From positions 22,570 through 86,569 of the forward strand of contig CBDCME010000078.1 of the NCBI GenBank assembly GCA_965218865.1: 64,000 bases of DNA, read 5' to 3'. This document shows positions 60,092-64,000 of the stretch, piece after piece. A model generated the notes under the pieces. The model had not been told where the DNA came from and searched no databases. It saw only the letters and a list, made by a program, of their open reading frames with translations. A program made the translations under genes and the position numbers. Each line of letters starts with the position of its first letter. Position 1 is the first letter of the stretch. The stretch comes from Alphaproteobacteria bacterium. GTDB lineage: Bacteria > Pseudomonadota > Alphaproteobacteria > JAAXGF01.

Positions 60092-60284
60092 ACCCTCGGC
60101 GACGAACCGGCTGCGTGATGCCGCCCTGACGGGGTTCAGGCTTCGAAAATGCCGAGATCAAAGAGGTTGCCGGAATGAACTTGGTCCATGACGTTCATGG
60201 TAAGGTCGGGCCGGTTCCGGCAATGTTCACGCCGTTCACGCTCCGGCGGGCTCGACGCCCAAAATCACCCCTGCGTCAGGTACG
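60092..60284 (+). repeat. 193-bp direct repeat, right copy
   Basis: Matches 47812-48004 with 4 mismatches. Ends 124 bp from the 3-prime end of tRNA-Arg. Confidence 0.9.
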
Positions 60285-60407
60285 CTGACCCAAATGTTCT
60301 GGATAGGTTCTAGTTTTCAGGCTTCAAAGCTGATTCATTCTGCGGACATTCAGCGGACAAACGCCATTTTTCGGCCTTCTCGAAATCCTCTAAGTCATTG
60401 AAATCAT

Positions 60408-60484
<77 letters not shown>

Positions 60485-60597
60485 GCCGGGTCAGGCTAAC
60501 GCATCGATGCTGGAGAGGTAAAGCTTCCGGCCGGCGTTTCGGCGATCCTGGCACCGTTCGTCGGGTAGGGTTGGGGATCCACGGTGGGGGCGGGGCG

Positions 60598-60711
60598 TTA
60601 TGAAATCGTCCAAAGAACGAAAATTCCGAACAGCCAGATCGACGCCGAGGCGGTGATGGCGCCGAAGGTCGGAAATTGAAGGCCGAAGACCGATAATTGC
60701 ATCGTGTTCAT
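60598..60711 (-). CDS. candidate 37-aa hydrophobic peptide
   Basis: MNTMQLSVFGLQFPTFGAITASASIWLFGIFVLWTIS, preceded by AAGGGGA 6 nt upstream of the ATG. Confidence 0.3.
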   Translation of the reverse strand: MNTMQLSVFGLQFPTFGAITASASIWLFGIFVLWTIS

Positions 60712-60845
60712 GGTTATTCCCCTTGAGTGACGGTTGGCGGTTTTGTCTCCTGTTGTCGGTTCAATGCCGTTCAACGAGGCGTATTATCGGGAACTCACTC
60801 GGGTTCCGGCAATGTCTCGGCTGATGTTGAAAAAGTGAGGTAGGC

Positions 60846-62289
60846 GTCATTCGCCTGGAACCGTTAGGCTCTGGGTGTTGAATCCATCAAGGAGAACGAC
60901 GCCATGACCAAGCCTACACGGAACAGCCGCCTTTCGAAACTGTTGGAGATCCCGCTTCCGCTGTTGCCGCCGGCCTTGCCGGAGGCTTTTGATGATCTGC
61001 GCATGAGCGTGGATCGCTTTTGCCTGTTGGCCGGGGTGGAGACCCTGGGCGAGATGCTGGACGAGGATAGCGAGGTGCTCTGCGGAGCGCGCCACGCCCG
61101 CACGGCCGAGCGGCAGGGCCATCGCTGGGGGACAACCCAGAGCGAGATTGCCTATCACGGGGGCAAGGTGAAGCTGACGCGCCCGCGGGTGCGCGATCTT
61201 GCGGGCAAGGAGATGAGCTTGCCGAGCTGGGAGTTGCTCTCGGACCCGGCGCTTTTGCAGTCCTGGGCGATGAACATCATGCTGCTTACGGTTTCGACCC
61301 GCAAGTACGCGCGCGCCGTGCGCCTGCCCGGCGAGGCCAGCGGCGACTTGCCGGCACGCGCGGGCGATGCGACCTCGAAGTCCGCGGTCTCGCGGCGCTT
61401 CGTGGCCATGACGCGCAAGAAGCTGAAGGCCTTCCTGGCCAGCGACCTTTCGGATCTCGATCTCCTGGTCATCCAGATCGACGGGCTGCACGTCGGCGAT
61501 CACGTGTTGCTGGCAGCTATTGGCATCGACGGCGCGGGCGAGAAGCATGTTCTAGGCCTGGCCGAAGGTGCCACGGAGAATGCCGCCACGGTGCAGGCGC
61601 TGCTCGACAACCTGACCGCCCGCGGCCTCGACCCGGAAGTGCCCCGGCTCTTCATCGTCGACGGCGCCAAGGCGCTCTCCAAGGCGATCAAGCGGACCTT
61701 CGGGCCGGTGGCCGCCCTCCAGCGCTGCCAGGTCCACAAGGGCCGCAACATCATCGAGCGCCTCGACGAAAGCCTTCATGCCGGCGTCAAGAAGGCGCTC
61801 AGGCAAGCCTGGGACCAAGACGATGCCGAGAAAGCCGAACGCCTCATGAAGAACCTGGCGCGCCGCCTGGAGACCGAGGCCCCCGGCGTTTCGGCTTCCA
61901 TCCTGGAGGGCCTGGATGAGATCCTCACCGTGATCCGCTTGGGCCTGCCGCCCAAGCTCAGGCGCTCCTTGGCCTGCACCAACGCCATCGAGAATGCCTT
62001 GGGAACGGTCAGGATGGTGCAGCACAATGTCAAGCGCTGGCGCAACGCCGAGATGGCCTTGCGATGGACCGCCGCCGGCCTCCTGGAAGCCCAAAAGACC
62101 TCCGTCGCCTCAAGGCCTACCGGCAACTCCCCATCCTCAGAGCTGCCCTCGAGGATCACGTGAAAAAGGCAAAAGCGAAAAGCGCCATTGAAACCATCAA
62201 AGAGGCCGCCTAGCCTCGAAGCCCAACCATGCCTGCCTCGCCTTTTTCAACAGAGCATGGGACATCGCCCGGGTTCTGACGGCGATCAC
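60846..62289 (+). mobile_element. IS256-family element (boundaries approximate)
   Basis: Imperfect terminal repeats GTCATTCGCCTGGAACCG... and ...CGGGTTCTGACGGCGATCAC around a mutator-type transposase gene. No clear target duplication. Confidence 0.55.
60904..62213 (+). pseudogene. IS256-family (mutator-type) transposase, late frameshift
   Basis: ...LVIQIDGLHVGDHVLLAAIGIDGAGEKHVLGL...FIVDGAKALSKAIKRTF...QRCQVHKGRNI... The frame breaks near 62100. The expected tail FRRLKAYRQLPILRAALEDHVKKAKAKSAIETIKEAA-stop is in another frame. Confidence 0.8.
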
Positions 62290-62800
62290 GAGGTTGAAGA
62301 TTTTTCCGTGCTTCCATTCAACGACGCCCGATACCGAAACTTCAGGATCCTGCAGTTGCCACAAAATCCCGGTGAATCGGGCTAATCGCGCGGCCAATGG
62401 GAAGCCAACAACCGACCCCCGCCGGCCCCTCACGTTGCCGCCGTCCGGCAAGGTGCCGGAGGGATCGGATTCCGTCCTGGAAAGAGACGAAAATAGCGGA
62501 AATCCCACCCGAGTGTGATCTCGGTCACAATCGGGTCGGAGGAAATAGACTAACCTTGCGGGGCAATTGCCAAAATGGTAAATCGTCAGCCATAATTATA
62601 AGGCGTTGCGGGTTGGGAGAAGGGCGTCCCCTTCCGCCGATATTTTCGGCGTGGTTCGATATGACTCGATTCATCGCGGGTTGGGGATCGCGTCACATAG
62701 TGTATAAATGTCGACGTGAATGATGCAGCGCCTGCCCGCCGGCTTTTTTGGCAAACCGGCGAACGCTCGTTTCCGCCAGCCAGTTGAATGAGGTTGTACG

Positions 62801-64000
62801 ATGGCCAAGAACGCGATTAATCGTCCATTTATTATTTTGTTCCTCTTGGGTGCGATGTTCGCCTGGGTTTCGGGTGCCTGGGCGATGGAATTCGGATCCG
62901 TTGACGGAGGAGGGTTTCCCCAGCGCCTCGAAATGCGCGGTGTGTCATCAGCACATCTACGATGAGTGGAGTTCGTCGAACCACGCCTACGCGTCGGTTT
63001 CGCCGATGTTCCACAAATTCGAGCAAAAGATCAGCGACCTGACCCAAGGCACCATCGGGACGTTCTGCGTCCGTTGCCACCAGTCGGTGGGGACCACTCT
63101 CGGGGAAGCGCGAGAGCAGCCGCTATGGGAACGTTCGCGGGTATCGAGCGAGGGCGTGACCTGCATCACCTGCCACCGGGTCGCAGCGACCTACAACAAA
63201 CCGAACGGTGAACGCAAGATCATCCCGGGCGATATTCATCAGCCGATATATGGTCCGCTCGGGGGCGAGGGCGTCAAGGAGGTCGTCGACAACAAGGGGT
63301 TTTACAAGGTGGCCCCGAGCCCGGAAGATCGGGGGGCGAAGATTCATGCTAGCGGTGTCCTCCAAAGTCAGATAACGGATCCTCGTTTTGCTATGGCTGT
63401 CACCAGGTGGCGGTGAACATCGGGATCAAGCTCGAAGTGGTCGTGGATCAATACCGGGGCTCGCCGGCTATCGGGGAGGGCATCAGCTGCCAGGACTGTC
63501 ACATGGGCAAGGTGCCCGGGCGCCCCGATGGCTACGCCACCGCGGCGGTGGCGGTGATCAACAATGTGGAGATCGATCCCGGGACGAAGCACGGCAACCA
63601 TGCCTTCTACGGACCCGGTTATCCAAATCGCCCACCCCGGCATATTCCCGCATAATCCGGATGCCGAGGCCTGGACGATGCAAGAATGGCTCCAGTTCGA
63701 TTACCGTGCCGGTTGGGGAACCGAGGAATTCGAGGAAGCGCTGGACGAATCCGGCGAGGATTACGATTTCCCCGAGGTCTGGGCCGACAGCTTCGACCGC
63801 GAGGACGCGCGCGCGGTCATCGAGGTCAATTTGGAGAGGCTCGAGGAAAAACGGGAGTCGCGCGAGGCCGTGATGAACAACGGTTCGCGCCTCGACGGAC
63901 CCTTCTTCAATGATAAGCCGGGTGTCGGCGAGAGCTTGAGCGTCACCTACACGGTGACCAACACTAAGAACGGCCACAACTACCCCTCGGGTTCCCTGGG
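62801..64000 (+). pseudogene. multihaem c-type cytochrome, at least 3 frameshifts, 3-prime partial
   Basis: Signal peptide MAKNAINRPFIILFLLGAMFAWVSGAWA. Five CxxCH motifs (CAVCH, CVRCH, CITCH, CYGCH, CQDCH) are spread over four reading-frame segments, with shifts near 62885, 63375 and 63625. Runs off the window end. Confidence 0.7.

Overview
64-kb high-GC bacterial window, a mosaic of accessory modules riddled with insertion sequences; the taxon cannot be assigned from sequence alone. (1) 0.1-4.9 kb: GT2 glycosyltransferase, a membrane protein and a TPR + SAM-methyltransferase protein, punctuated by three copies of a 109-bp MITE-like repeat. (2) ~6.1-32.3 kb: a large copper-homeostasis and periplasmic thiol-redox island. 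It holds three multicopper oxidases, a CopA-type P1B ATPase, SCO1, PCuAC, a cupredoxin, DUF411, a TolC-like OMF, CcdA/DsbA/TlpA/CcmG-like proteins and Met/His-rich and Cys-rich small proteins. The island is bracketed by inverted IS1595-family copies and heavily inactivated: four insertions of one 1168-bp IS630-family element, three in-frame stop codons and several frameshifts. (3) 32.4-35.6 kb: nested IS1595/IS110/IS630 debris. (4) 35.8-47.5 kb: a cluster with a divergent LysR regulator that combines an AtzD/barbiturase-family ring-opening amidohydrolase, a BMP-type ABC importer, FdrA, DUF1116 and carbamate kinase. This is my best candidate for an undescribed pathway. (5) 47.8-60.3 kb: a ~12-kb degenerate island delimited by 193-bp direct repeats beside tRNA-Arg(CCG). 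It contains IS debris, an integrase tail, an IS-split HerA/DUF87-like ATPase + DNA methyltransferase operon, nuclease-like genes, MucR and HU. (6) 60.8-64 kb: an IS256-family element and a frameshifted multihaem cytochrome c. I count 16 IS copies or remnants from 7 families. No rRNA or CRISPR array was seen. Several single-nucleotide frameshifts sit in homopolymer runs, so assembly error versus real pseudogenisation must be resolved before interpreting the gene decay.
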